Shown: positions 8,524-18,320 of the stretch, in pieces
Layout of the letters: each line of letters opens with the position of its first letter
How positions within the stretch are numbered: the first letter of the stretch is position 1
Assembly: GCA_963675755.2 (NCBI GenBank)
Contig: CAXXMD010000003.1
Coordinates: 864,001 to 928,000 of the forward strand
DNA: 64,000 bases
Direction of reading: 5' to 3'
Source of the DNA: a bacterium
GTDB lineage: Bacteria; Zhuqueibacterota; Zhuqueibacteria; Residuimicrobiales; Krinioviventaceae
Position numbers and translations under genes: made by a program
The notes under the pieces: model-generated
Database searches by the model: none
What the model saw: the letters and a program-made list of their open reading frames with translations, nothing else
Told to the model about the DNA's origin: nothing

Positions 8524-9684
8524 ATGAAATCCAGGATTTTTTTATTCAGCGTTATCACTCTTTGTATTCTTGCATTAACCGGCTGTTCCCCCAAATCAGA
8601 GATTACCCCGCCACCCGGTGTGGTAGTGACCTATTCTCCACCATCCTCCGGGATTTATACCGGTTCTCCCAGCCTGGTGATTCTGCCGGACGGCAGTTAT
8701 CTGGCCTCGCACGACGAGTATGGCCCCAATTCAACAGAGCATACTGAGGCTATTACAAGAATTTTCAAATCGTCAGACAAGGGTGAAACCTGGAAACAGA
8801 TTTCTACTCTTAAATATCAGTACTGGTCCAATCTGTTTGTGCACAAGGGCGCCCTCTATATTCTGGGTACCCGCAATCAAACGGGTTTTATGTCAATCCG
8901 ACGTTCTGATGATGGCGGTGTAACCTGGACTGAGCCGGTTGACGACAAATCCGGTCTTTTGTACAGTGATAGTAACTATCATTGCGCGCCCATGCCGGTA
9001 ATCGAACATAACGGCAGACTGTATCGTGCTTTTGAAGAACGCAGAGACCTCAACGGCTGGGGTGAAAGCTTTCTCGCTTTTGTTATATCCGCACCGGTAG
9101 ATGCCGATCTGCTTAATGCCGCATCCTGGACCAGTACAGAGCGCATTCCCTTTAATCCTGAATGGCCCGGCAACGGTTATCTTGAAGGCAACGCTGTATT
9201 CACTCCTGAGGGAAACCTGTTAAACATCCTTCGTCATGATTCTAAAAATGGCGGTTCTGCTACTGTCATCCACATTAATCCGGATGGTTCTTCCCAATTC
9301 GATCCTGCTAAAAATATAATCTCCTTTCCCGGCGGTAGTAAAAAATTCGTCATTCGCTTTGATCCGGAATCCGGATATTACTGGTCATTGTCCAATTGGA
9401 TCCAGGAGAAATATCGTACCCCAACCCCTTCAATGGTACGCAACACACAAACGCTTATTCGCTCAAAGGACCTGCTCAACTGGGAGATCCGGTCCATCAT
9501 TCTGGAACACCCAAACGTTGAAATTACCGGTTTTCAATATGTAGACTGGCAATTCGAGGGAAACGACATCATATTCCTGTCGCGCACAGCATGGGATGAC
9601 GGCAGAGGCACACCCACCAATTGTCATGACGCCAATTATATAACTTTTCACCGTATTACAAACTTTCGGGATACAGTGGATTAA
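8524..9684 (+). CDS. Asp-box (BNR) sialidase-like beta-propeller lipoprotein, paralog 1
   Basis: Lipobox LTGC; Asp-boxes SSDKGETW and SDDGGVTW; GFQYVDW, HDANY. Confidence 0.85.
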   Translation: MKSRIFLFSVITLCILALTGCSPKSEITPPPGVVVTYSPPSSGIYTGSPSLVILPDGSYLASHDEYGPNSTEHTEAITRIFKSSDKGETWKQISTLKYQYWSNLFVHKGALYILGTRNQTGFMSIRRSDDGGVTWTEPVDDKSGLLYSDSNYHCAPMPVIEHNGRLYRAFEERRDLNGWGESFLAFVISAPVDADLLNAASWTSTERIPFNPEWPGNGYLEGNAVFTPEGNLLNILRHDSKNGGSATVIHINPDGSSQFDPAKNIISFPGGSKKFVIRFDPESGYYWSLSNWIQEKYRTPTPSMVRNTQTLIRSKDLLNWEIRSIILEHPNVEITGFQYVDWQFEGNDIIFLSRTAWDDGRGTPTNCHDANYITFHRITNFRDTVD

Positions 9685-9739
9685 TTAATCAATGCACAAA
9701 TAAACTAACAATCATAAACTACCAAAGGAAGCCAGCTCT

Positions 9740-10918
9740 ATGTCAAAATCCGGAATTGTAGTATGGGTATCCATTATTCTCTGTTCACTCTTGTTAATTA
9801 CCGGCTGCGCACCCAAAGATCCGTATACGCCCCCTCCCGGTGTTGTGATTACCTATCACGCACCCTCATCGGGATTGTATGTGGCCTCTCCCAGCATTGC
9901 AATTCTACCGGACGGCAGCTATGTAGCCTGTCATGATTTCTACGGGCCCAATTCAAAAGAGGTTAACGATTCAAAAACACGGATTTTTAAATCGACAAAC
10001 ATGGGTAAAAGCTGGAAGCAAATTTCAAAATTGAAAAATCAATACTATTCTGATCTTTTTGTACACAAGGGCGTTCTCTATCTCCTGGGTGTCACAAGCC
10101 CGAACAGTAATATTACTATCCGTCGCTCTGATGACGGTGGTGTAACCTGGACCGAACCGGTTGACAACAAAACCGGTTTAATCGTTACAGAAGGCCATTA
10201 TCAATGCGGCGCAATGCCTATTACCGAGCACAACGGCAGATTGTATCGCGCGTTTGAAGATACCGAAAGAGGAAAAGACTGGGGCGAGTGCTTTATCTCT
10301 TTTACCATTTCAGCTCCTGTAGATGCAGACCTGCTGGATGCCGCGTCATGGACCGAATCAGAACATATTCCCTGGAATGAAGAATGGCCCGGCGGCGGAT
10401 TTCTTGAAGGTAATGTCCTGACAACCCCGGACGGTAATCTGGTTAACGTTCTGCGCCACGACAGTAAGAACGGCGGTACGGCCGCGATCATCCATATTCA
10501 ACCGGACGGGAAATCCGAGTTTAATCCCCCTGACGACATTATCGAATTCCCCGGTGGATGCAAGAAATTCACAATCCGGTTTGATCCCGAATCCGGATAT
10601 TACTGGTCGCTCACAAACTGGATTCAGGAAAAGTACAGAAACTCAAATCCTGAACGTACCCGCAATACCCAGGCACTCATCCGCTCCAAAGATCTGAAAA
10701 ACTGGGAAATTCGAGCGGTCATTTTAGAACACCCCACTTTCAAGATAACCGGGTTCCAGTATGCAGATTGGCAGTTTGATGGTAAAGATATCATTTTTGT
10801 GTCGCGTACGGCCTGGGATGATGGCAAAGAAACACCCCCCGGCTGTCATGATGCCAATTACATTACCTTTCATCGTATTAAAAACTTTAGAAAAAGAGTA
10901 GATAAATTAACCAATTAA
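9740..10918 (+). CDS. Asp-box sialidase-like lipoprotein, paralog 2
   Basis: Lipobox ITGC; same motifs as paralog 1. Confidence 0.85.
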   Translation: MSKSGIVVWVSIILCSLLLITGCAPKDPYTPPPGVVITYHAPSSGLYVASPSIAILPDGSYVACHDFYGPNSKEVNDSKTRIFKSTNMGKSWKQISKLKNQYYSDLFVHKGVLYLLGVTSPNSNITIRRSDDGGVTWTEPVDNKTGLIVTEGHYQCGAMPITEHNGRLYRAFEDTERGKDWGECFISFTISAPVDADLLDAASWTESEHIPWNEEWPGGGFLEGNVLTTPDGNLVNVLRHDSKNGGTAAIIHIQPDGKSEFNPPDDIIEFPGGCKKFTIRFDPESGYYWSLTNWIQEKYRNSNPERTRNTQALIRSKDLKNWEIRAVILEHPTFKITGFQYADWQFDGKDIIFVSRTAWDDGKETPPGCHDANYITFHRIKNFRKRVDKLTN

Positions 10919-10938
10919 AAAACACCAGAGGTAGCTCA

Positions 10939-12105
10939 ATGTTAAAATCCAGAATTGTAATGTGGGGATTCATCGTTCTCGGTTCAATTTTACTATTATC
11001 CGGTTGTGACCCAAAAGAAGCTTACACACCTCCACCCGGTGTAGTGGTAACCTATTCTGCCCCGTCTTCAGGATTGTATATCGGCTCTCCCAGTCTGGCG
11101 ATTCTTCCGGATGGCAGCTATGTGGCCTCGCACGATTTTTTTGGCCCCAATTCCAAAGAAGCCGATGATTCAAGGAGCCGTATTTTCAAATCTACAGACA
11201 AGGGTAAAACCTGGAAACAGATTGCCACGCTTGAAAAACAATTCTGGTCAAATTTGTTTGTGCACAGGGGTGCGCTATACATTTTTGGCACCAATAATCA
11301 GCATGGACAAATGATCATCCGGCGCTCTGACGATGGCGGCGTGACCTGGACCGAGCCGGTAGATGACAAATCCGGTCTGCTGTACAATGACGGTCATTAT
11401 CACTGCGCTCCCATGCCCGTTACCGAGCAAAACGGCAGATTGTATCGCTCTTTTGAAGAAACCGACAAGTCTAAAAAATGGGGCGAGTGTTTTATCTCGT
11501 TTACTATTTCAGCACCGGTAGATGCAGACCTGTTGGACGCATCATCCTGGACCGAGTCGGAACGTATTCCCTGGAACACGGAATGGCCCGGTGGCGGATT
11601 TTTGGAAGGTAACGCGATATTTACCCCTGACGGCGAGCTGGTTAACATTCTGCGTCACGACACTGAAACCGGCGGCACGGCTGCGGTCATCCACATTCAG
11701 CCGGACGGCAGCTCTGAATTTAATCCCGCTTCTGATATTATCGAATTTCCCGGTGGATGCAAGAAATTCTCAATCCGGTTTGATCCCGAAACCGGATATT
11801 ACTGGTCCTTGTCCAACTGGATACAGGAAAAATACCGCAACCCGAATCCTGAACGCACACGCAATACCCAGGCGCTCATTCGCTCCAAAGACCTGAAAAA
11901 CTGGGAAATCCGTGCGGTCATTTTAGAGCATCCCAATTTCAAGATCACCGGATTCCAGTACACCGACTGGCATTTTGAAGGTGACGATATCATCTTTGTA
12001 TCCCGAACAGCCTGGGATGACGGTAAAGAAACACCTCCCGGTTGTCACGATGCCAACTATATCACCTTTCATCGTATCGAGAATTTCAGGGAAAAGGTGG
12101 ATTAG
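10939..12105 (+). CDS. Asp-box sialidase-like lipoprotein, paralog 3
   Basis: Lipobox LSGC; same motifs as paralog 1. Confidence 0.85.
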   Translation: MLKSRIVMWGFIVLGSILLLSGCDPKEAYTPPPGVVVTYSAPSSGLYIGSPSLAILPDGSYVASHDFFGPNSKEADDSRSRIFKSTDKGKTWKQIATLEKQFWSNLFVHRGALYIFGTNNQHGQMIIRRSDDGGVTWTEPVDDKSGLLYNDGHYHCAPMPVTEQNGRLYRSFEETDKSKKWGECFISFTISAPVDADLLDASSWTESERIPWNTEWPGGGFLEGNAIFTPDGELVNILRHDTETGGTAAVIHIQPDGSSEFNPASDIIEFPGGCKKFSIRFDPETGYYWSLSNWIQEKYRNPNPERTRNTQALIRSKDLKNWEIRAVILEHPNFKITGFQYTDWHFEGDDIIFVSRTAWDDGKETPPGCHDANYITFHRIENFREKVD

Positions 12106-13104
12106 ATGAAAAAGCTGGTGTTGAGCACACTCGTTTTGGCGGTATTGTTGGTTTTTTGCAGGCAATCGGAAACCGTACCGAAAACTGGTGCCAAACCCGC
12201 CATGATGTTTGCGGATTCTTCACGCGGTGAGCCTTTTGCCAAAGACCCGGATGTGGCCTGGTACAAAGGCCGGTATTTGCTGTACTATACCATGCGCCCA
12301 TTCAGAGACGGACGCGAAAATGACGGTTATGGTATTGGCATAGCCGAAAGCAGTGACTTGACCCACTGGCAAAAGATTGCAGAGCTGCCGCCCGCGCATG
12401 ACTATGAGAGCAAGGGCATTTGCGCACCCGGTGCCATTGTGCTGAACGACACCCTTCACCTGTTTTACCAGACCTATGGCAATCGTGAAAAAGATGCCAT
12501 CTGTCACGCGTGGTCTGTTGACGGCATCCATTTTACGCGAAATGAGAGCAATCCCATATTTGCTCCGCATGGGGACTGGACTATTGGCCGCGCCATTGAT
12601 GCGGATGCTTTTGCCTGGCAAGACAAGCTGCTGCTCTATTTTGCCACACGCGATACCTCGTACACCTATCAGATACAGGGTGTGGCAGCGGCCCCGCTCA
12701 ACTCGAATTATGGCAGGAATTCCTGGAAACAGCTCACTGATTATCCCATTCTGGTACCCAAACTGGACTGGGAAAAGACCTGCATTGAAGCGGCAACTGT
12801 GTTTGAGCATAATGAAAAGCTGTACATGTTTTACGCCGGGGCCTATAACAACCAGCCCCAACAGATCGGTTGTGCAGTGAGCCGGGACGGTATCAAGTGG
12901 AAACGACTGTCGCAAAGTCCCATATTACCCAATGGCAATCCGGGGGACTGGAACGCCAGCGAATCCGGGCATCCCGGAGTGTTTGTGGATCGGGACGGGC
13001 AGATCTATCTGTTCTTCCAGGGCAACAACGACAATGGCAAAACCTGGTATCTGTCTAAAAAACGCGTCACCTGGAACGGGGACATGCCGGTACTGGTGGA
13101 TTGA
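12106..13104 (+). CDS. Five-bladed beta-propeller glycoside hydrolase (GH43/GH32/GH117-like), secreted or lipoprotein
   Basis: AKDPDV, ICAPGA, AIDAD, CIEAA, SGHPGV blade motifs; start codon abuts the upstream stop. Confidence 0.8.
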   Translation: MKKLVLSTLVLAVLLVFCRQSETVPKTGAKPAMMFADSSRGEPFAKDPDVAWYKGRYLLYYTMRPFRDGRENDGYGIGIAESSDLTHWQKIAELPPAHDYESKGICAPGAIVLNDTLHLFYQTYGNREKDAICHAWSVDGIHFTRNESNPIFAPHGDWTIGRAIDADAFAWQDKLLLYFATRDTSYTYQIQGVAAAPLNSNYGRNSWKQLTDYPILVPKLDWEKTCIEAATVFEHNEKLYMFYAGAYNNQPQQIGCAVSRDGIKWKRLSQSPILPNGNPGDWNASESGHPGVFVDRDGQIYLFFQGNNDNGKTWYLSKKRVTWNGDMPVLVD

Positions 13105-13110
13105 GAGGGA

Positions 13111-14088
13111 TTATAACCATCCCTCGTTTTTATACCATTCCGCGGTGCGTACAAATCCCTCTGCCAGGGGGATTTTTGGTGCGTACCCCAGCTCTTCCTT
13201 GGCGCGCTGGTTCGAGCACAGCCAGTCTTTTTGCTTCATCTCGCGGATCTTGTCGGGATTCAACAGCGGTGTTTTGCCGGTTATACGGGTGACTGCCAAT
13301 CCATATAGCGATAGCAGATCCAGCACAAAGGTCGGCACAAACAGCGTGACCAGCTTTTTCCCCAGTGCATGACCCAACAGTCTGCCAATGGCTTTCCATG
13401 TGGGCTCGCCATCGCCCGAGATGTAAAAAATCTTTCCGTCCGCTTTTGGGTTCTGCGCGGCAAGCAGCATTCCTTCCAGCAGATCATCGATATAGACCAT
13501 ACTGGCGCGTCCATTGCCGAAACCCAATACCGGCAAAAGCCCCCGGTTGACCTGCTGAAACATCTGGTACACATCCACATCACGGGGACCATATACCGAT
13601 GGCGGCCGGATAATAGTGACCGGGAACTCGTCCTTGTACTCCAACACCGCTTCTTCCGCAAGCAATTTGGAGCGTCCATAAGCGGAAACCGGTGCGGGTT
13701 CATCAAACTCGGTCCGCGCTTTGCCTTTGACAGCCGGGCCTCCTGCGGCCTGGCTGGAGACAAAAACAAATTTTTTAATGCTCGCATGATCCCGACAGGC
13801 ATTCAACAGGTTTCTAGTTCCGGTTGTGTTGGCTTTAATATACCCCGCTTCATCCCGGGCTTTGGTTACACCTGCAAGATGAAATACCCAGTCCACTTCT
13901 TTAACTGCTAATTCCAGACTGGCAGGGTCACTCAACTCTCCGTAAACATATTCAACATCAAGACCCTTCAGCCATTTCAGGTTACTGGTTTTACGTACCA
14001 TGCACCTGACCGTATGACCTTGCTTGATCAACCGTTCCACTAAAAACGAACCAATAAATCCATTACTCCCGGTTACCAGCGTTATCAA
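13111..14088 (-). CDS. NAD-dependent epimerase/dehydratase (extended SDR); candidate ceramide reductase (CerR-like)
   Basis: TGSNGFIG, YGRSK, RPPSVYGP; TTG start after AAGGAGG; divergent from spt. Confidence 0.85.
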   Translation of the reverse strand: MITLVTGSNGFIGSFLVERLIKQGHTVRCMVRKTSNLKWLKGLDVEYVYGELSDPASLELAVKEVDWVFHLAGVTKARDEAGYIKANTTGTRNLLNACRDHASIKKFVFVSSQAAGGPAVKGKARTEFDEPAPVSAYGRSKLLAEEAVLEYKDEFPVTIIRPPSVYGPRDVDVYQMFQQVNRGLLPVLGFGNGRASMVYIDDLLEGMLLAAQNPKADGKIFYISGDGEPTWKAIGRLLGHALGKKLVTLFVPTFVLDLLSLYGLAVTRITGKTPLLNPDKIREMKQKDWLCSNQRAKEELGYAPKIPLAEGFVRTAEWYKNEGWL

Positions 14089-14185
14089 ATTTTCCTCCTT
14101 GAATTCATAAATTAAGGTAAGCATTCAACAGATTTTTCTCAAGAATATTTAATTTCCCCCCTGTTTTCCATTTCATAGTAATTTC

Positions 14186-14214
14186 TTGACAAAATGTGGG
14201 TGAATTCCTATATT
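14186..14214 (+). promoter_or_regulatory. Sigma70-type promoter for spt
   Basis: TTGACA-N17-TATATT. Confidence 0.7.
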
Positions 14215-14303
14215 AACAAAGAACACCTATCTGAATGTATATAATATCAGCACTTGTTTTCGTATTCAATTATAATATAGATAGAACGGTAAGGAGAATA
14301 AGA

Positions 14304-15497
14304 TTGGCAGACCTGTTTAACAAGTGTTCAGGAGGCGCTGCGGCAAGAGCGCGACAGGCATTGCAAGATGGCTGGTATCCCTATTTCAAAGCTATTGAAA
14401 CCGGAGCCGACACAGAAGTCAGGATCAATGGACAAAAAATGATCATGATTGGCTCCAACAATTACCTGGGTCTCACTCAGGATGAGCGGGTAAAACAGGC
14501 AGCAAAAGACGCTATTGACAAGTATGGCTCAGGCTGTACCGGCTCTCGTTTTTTAAACGGTACACTCGATATTCATGAAGAGCTTGAAGACAAATTGGCT
14601 GAATTCATGAACATGGAAGCCGCGCTGCTGTTTTCTACAGGATTTCAAACCAATCAGGGCACCATTTCAACAATTGTAGGTCGTGGAGACCTGATCGTTG
14701 GCGACAATGAAAACCACGCCAGCATTGTTGACGGTACGCGTCTCTCATTCGGCAAGGCTCTACATTACCGCCATAACGACATGCAAGATCTCGATCGTGT
14801 ATTAACACTCAACAACAATAACGATCACGGTACACTCGTTGTATCGGATGGTGTTTTCAGCATGGGTGGAGATATTGTAAACCTGCCGGAACTGGTCAAA
14901 ATTGCAAAAAAACACCATGCACGTGTGATGGTGGACGATGCTCACTCTATTGGCATTCTGGGAGAAAATGGCCGAGGTACCGCTTCTCATTTCGGTTTGG
15001 AAAAAGAAGTTGACCTGGTGATGGGCACTTTTAGCAAAACCTTTGCAAGCATTGGTGGATTCATTTCTGGTTCTGAAGAAGTAATTCATTTCATCAAGCA
15101 CAATTCACGTGCGTTGATCTTTTCCGCCAGTCCCCCACCAGCAGCAGTTGCCACTGTACTAAAATGTCTCGAAATCATGCAGCAGGAACCGGAACGCATT
15201 GACAAACTGTGGAACAATTATCGCAAAATGAAAAAAGGGTATGAGGATCTGGGTTTTAATACCGGAAACACAGAAACCCCTATCATTCCCATTATTATTG
15301 GAGAAGATGATAAAACATTCATGTTCTGGAAAATGTTGTTTGAAGCAGGGGTATTTGTAAATCCTGTGGTAAGTCCTGCAGTACCACCAGGAATGTCTTT
15401 GCTGCGTACCAGTTATATGGCAACCCACTCTGAGGAAGAATTGGACCAGGTTCTTGAGATCTTTGGAAACGTGGGAAAGAAATTAGGCATTATTTAA
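14304..15497 (+). CDS. spt: Serine palmitoyltransferase-like alpha-oxoamine synthase
   Basis: GSNNYLGL, GCTGSRFLNGT, NHAS, DDAH, GTFSK (Spt-type PLP lysine motif), IFSAS; TTG start after AAGGAG. Confidence 0.8.
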   Translation: MADLFNKCSGGAAARARQALQDGWYPYFKAIETGADTEVRINGQKMIMIGSNNYLGLTQDERVKQAAKDAIDKYGSGCTGSRFLNGTLDIHEELEDKLAEFMNMEAALLFSTGFQTNQGTISTIVGRGDLIVGDNENHASIVDGTRLSFGKALHYRHNDMQDLDRVLTLNNNNDHGTLVVSDGVFSMGGDIVNLPELVKIAKKHHARVMVDDAHSIGILGENGRGTASHFGLEKEVDLVMGTFSKTFASIGGFISGSEEVIHFIKHNSRALIFSASPPPAAVATVLKCLEIMQQEPERIDKLWNNYRKMKKGYEDLGFNTGNTETPIIPIIIGEDDKTFMFWKMLFEAGVFVNPVVSPAVPPGMSLLRTSYMATHSEEELDQVLEIFGNVGKKLGII

Positions 15498-15498
15498 G

Positions 15499-15528
15499 AC
15501 AAAGGCTGCTTTTTCAAGCAGCCTTTGT
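15499..15528. terminator. Bidirectional intrinsic terminator
   Basis: ACAAAGGCTGCTT-TTTC-AAGCAGCCTTTGT between convergent genes. Confidence 0.8.
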
Positions 15529-15543
15529 TATTATCAGTATCAA

Positions 15544-15876
15544 TCAGTCCAGCCAATAAAGCATTCGGCCGCAATTTTCACAGGTAAACAGATCGCTCTC
15601 TTCTCTACCCTTTGCACCAATAGAGGTCGGTTGTCTGAGGAAACAACCCAGGCAGATATCATTTTTTACCGGAACGATGGCGCGTTTCAATTTTGCGCGT
15701 AATCTTTCATATCTGAATAACAAGGGTTTTTTAATCTTGGATGCCATTTCTTCGCGAGCTTTGGCAAGTTCAGTATTACCGGTAATAGAAAAGCCGAGTT
15801 TTTCAACTTCATTGGCTTCTTCAATCATCAAATCAATATCTTGCAGGGTTATCAAGGCTTCTAATTCTTTGTTCAT
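15544..15876 (-). CDS. Short C4-type zinc-ribbon protein (CT398/HP0958-like)
   Basis: YERLR..AIVPV..CLGCF..CENCGRMLY. Confidence 0.8.
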   Translation of the reverse strand: MNKELEALITLQDIDLMIEEANEVEKLGFSITGNTELAKAREEMASKIKKPLLFRYERLRAKLKRAIVPVKNDICLGCFLRQPTSIGAKGREESDLFTCENCGRMLYWLD

Positions 15877-15881
15877 GTTTC

Positions 15882-16343
15882 TTATTCTCCACTGATAATA
15901 GAAATAAAATCGGTAAAAGATTCAACACCGGCAAACTTTTTACGGCTTGCATCATCTTTTAACAAGGTAACCAGTGATCCCAATGCGGGCAAATACTTGT
16001 TTTCCTCATCCAAAGGTGGTGCAATAATCATAAAGAATAAATTCACCGGCTTTTTATCTATTGCATCAAAATCCATGCCTTTTTGTGCTTTACCAAAGGC
16101 AATAAATACATCTGTAGCTGCTGTGGTTCTACCATGGGGTATGGCAATCCCGTTACCAATGCCTGTACTGCCAAGGGTTTCCCGCTGACGCAACATTTCC
16201 ATAACAATTTGTTTATTTTTAACTATTTTTTCCTGCACAAACAATTCGAGCAATTCGGTAAGGGCTTCTTCCTTGGTTTCAGCTTTCATATCGGGTATAA
16301 ACAAATTCTCGTTAAACAGTTGTGCCAATTCTGATTGTAACAT
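15882..16343 (-). CDS. PTS EIIA (Ntr/fructose type)
   Basis: RETLGSTGIGNGIAIPHGR, FDAIDKKPV. Confidence 0.9.
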   Translation of the reverse strand: MLQSELAQLFNENLFIPDMKAETKEEALTELLELFVQEKIVKNKQIVMEMLRQRETLGSTGIGNGIAIPHGRTTAATDVFIAFGKAQKGMDFDAIDKKPVNLFFMIIAPPLDEENKYLPALGSLVTLLKDDASRKKFAGVESFTDFISIISGE

Positions 16344-16628
16344 CTATTCCTCCTCAGAGTCTTGTTTAGACTCTTTGTCTTGCTTTATTTGATTAATATA
16401 TTGGAAAATTTCAGGTTTTATAGAATCTTCTTTTATATCAAATTGCAACAGCATTTCTGCAATGATTTCAATTTTTTGGTTGGGCTGATCATCCTTTTTT
16501 AAAATAATCAAATTCTGATCATAAAACAGGCAGGAGCCGCTTTTAAAGTCACCTTTTTCATTACGAATTTCTATGCCCATATCTCTGGCAAGAGTCTCCA
16601 GAGCTTGAAGCACATCTTCATTTGACAT
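16344..16628 (-). CDS. Conserved hypothetical protein
   Basis: ORF in operon (LETLARDMGIEIRNEKGDFKSGSC); ATG 16628 avoids overlap with manC. Confidence 0.7.
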   Translation of the reverse strand: MSNEDVLQALETLARDMGIEIRNEKGDFKSGSCLFYDQNLIILKKDDQPNQKIEIIAEMLLQFDIKEDSIKPEIFQYINQIKQDKESKQDSEEE

Positions 16629-16636
16629 GCCCTTTA

Positions 16637-17713
16637 TTACAGATACTTTTCGTTTCCGTTTTGCCTTAAGTGTTCGGTTACCCATTTGACATCCTGTGAT
16701 CGTTCTCTATTGCATATCAACAAGGCATCATCAGAATCCACTATAATCAAATCCTTTACGCCAACTACACTCACCTGACGACCTGTTGATTCTATTAATG
16801 TATTACTCACATCTTTGAGAACCGCTTCTCCTTTAACCACGTTGCCGTTCTCATCTTTATCAGAAATATTATATACTTCTTCCCAACTGCCTACATCGCT
16901 CCAGCCAAAATCAGATTCCAATACAACCACCTGGCTGGCATGTTCCAGCACTCCATAATCTATAGATTGCCCCAACAGCTTGCTATACTCTTCATTTGTG
17001 ACTTTTTCTTCCCGTGGCTCGCCCAGGTTCGCATTGATCCGCTCAAGTGCCTGCCATAAATCGGGCATAAATTCTTCAAATGCATCCAGAATGGTATTTA
17101 CGTTCCAGATAAAAATGCCACTGTTCCACAAGAACTCTTTTGTTTCAAAGAACTTGTCGGCTGTCTCTCTGTCTGGTTTTTCAGCAAAAGTGCGGACATG
17201 GTAGGCACCACCGGTACTGTTGAATATGTCACCCTTTTGAATATACCCGTAACTGGTTGCCGGATACCGGGGTTCAATGCCCAAAGTAACCAAAGACAAG
17301 GGGTTTTCACGCACAATCTTTACACCTTTGGCAATAATCTCTGAAAAACGATCTGTTTCCGTTATCAGATGATCCGCAGGTGTAACTACCATAATGGCAT
17401 TCGGATTTTTCTTTCTGATATGCAGTGCGGACAAGGCAATACAAGGGGCAGTATTTCTACCAACCGGTTCTCTGATTAAATTTTCCTGTTTGATCCAGGG
17501 AAGTTGCTCGCGGATGAGAGGAGTTTGAAAATCGGTAGATACTACCATTACATCATCAGCGTCCACACATTTTAAAAATCGGTTGGCTGTCATTTGCAGC
17601 ATTGACTGGTCGCCAAACAGACTGAGAAACTGTTTTGGAAACAACCTTCTGCTTTTGGGCCAAAACCGGGTGCCGGCACCGCCGGCCATCACTAAAACCT
17701 TAGTATCTTCCAT
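16637..17713 (-). CDS. manC: Mannose-1-phosphate guanylyltransferase
   Basis: MAGGAGTRFWPKSR..PKQF, EPVGRNTAP, PADH, FAEKP, WNSGIF, WSDVGSW. Confidence 0.93.
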   Translation of the reverse strand: MEDTKVLVMAGGAGTRFWPKSRRLFPKQFLSLFGDQSMLQMTANRFLKCVDADDVMVVSTDFQTPLIREQLPWIKQENLIREPVGRNTAPCIALSALHIRKKNPNAIMVVTPADHLITETDRFSEIIAKGVKIVRENPLSLVTLGIEPRYPATSYGYIQKGDIFNSTGGAYHVRTFAEKPDRETADKFFETKEFLWNSGIFIWNVNTILDAFEEFMPDLWQALERINANLGEPREEKVTNEEYSKLLGQSIDYGVLEHASQVVVLESDFGWSDVGSWEEVYNISDKDENGNVVKGEAVLKDVSNTLIESTGRQVSVVGVKDLIIVDSDDALLICNRERSQDVKWVTEHLRQNGNEKYL

Positions 17714-17818
17714 AATTCGTTCTTTCACGTTCCAAGTATTAATATAAAAGAAAAAATAATAAATAAAAGAATAATATATTCTACACACCAATATTTGAAT
17801 AATTATTCAGAAAATATC

Positions 17819-17865
17819 AAAAAAAAACGATGTTAAACATATTTATAACATGTTTAACATCGTTT
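17819..17865 (-). terminator. 16-bp inverted repeat after trxA, probable terminator
   Basis: AAACGATGTTAAACAT-N9-ATGTTTAACATCGTTT followed by a U tract on the minus strand. Confidence 0.6.
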
Positions 17866-17908
17866 CAATCTTGATTATTTGATATCGGTAATCGATAATA
17901 TGTACTGC

Positions 17909-18235
17909 CTAAGCGAGGTGTGGAGACACTTTATCAACCAGCTGATTTTTAGCTACAGCACCAATCACTTGTTCTACTACTTCACCATCTTTGAACAACA
18001 ACAAAGTGGGTATACTACGGATTCCATATTTCATTGCTACTTGTTTGTGTGTATCCACATCCATTTTGGCAACTTTTAATTGTCCTTCATATTCACCCGC
18101 AAGCTCTTCTACAACCGGAGCGATCATTTTACAAGGGCCGCACCAAACTGCCCAAAAATCGACCAATACCGGAACATCCGAAGAGATTACATCCTGTTCA
18201 AAAGAATCATCAGTTACTTCAATTGGTTTACCCAT
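17909..18235 (-). CDS. trxA: Thioredoxin
   Basis: DFWAVWCGPCK, SIPT. Confidence 0.97.
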   Translation of the reverse strand: MGKPIEVTDDSFEQDVISSDVPVLVDFWAVWCGPCKMIAPVVEELAGEYEGQLKVAKMDVDTHKQVAMKYGIRSIPTLLLFKDGEVVEQVIGAVAKNQLVDKVSPHLA

Positions 18236-18320
18236 TTAATAAATCTCCTATTCAATATTAGCATTCATTACTGTTTTCAACTTTTCCAACACCAAAACAT
18301 GGGTAGTTTATTTCATCAGT

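Noticed and set aside
12220-12915. 231-aa antisense ORF, and similar ones at 44408-45397, 52593-53273, 53832-54497 and 61526-62230
   Set aside because: Shadow frames of well-supported genes with no protein-like motifs
14235-14303. N-terminal extension of spt in the ORF track (likewise manA, manC, alaS, rpmE, tadA)
   Set aside because: Better RBS-supported starts lie downstream
16637-16685. Apparent 49-bp same-strand overlap of manC with the next ORF
   Set aside because: Disappears if ATG 16628 is used
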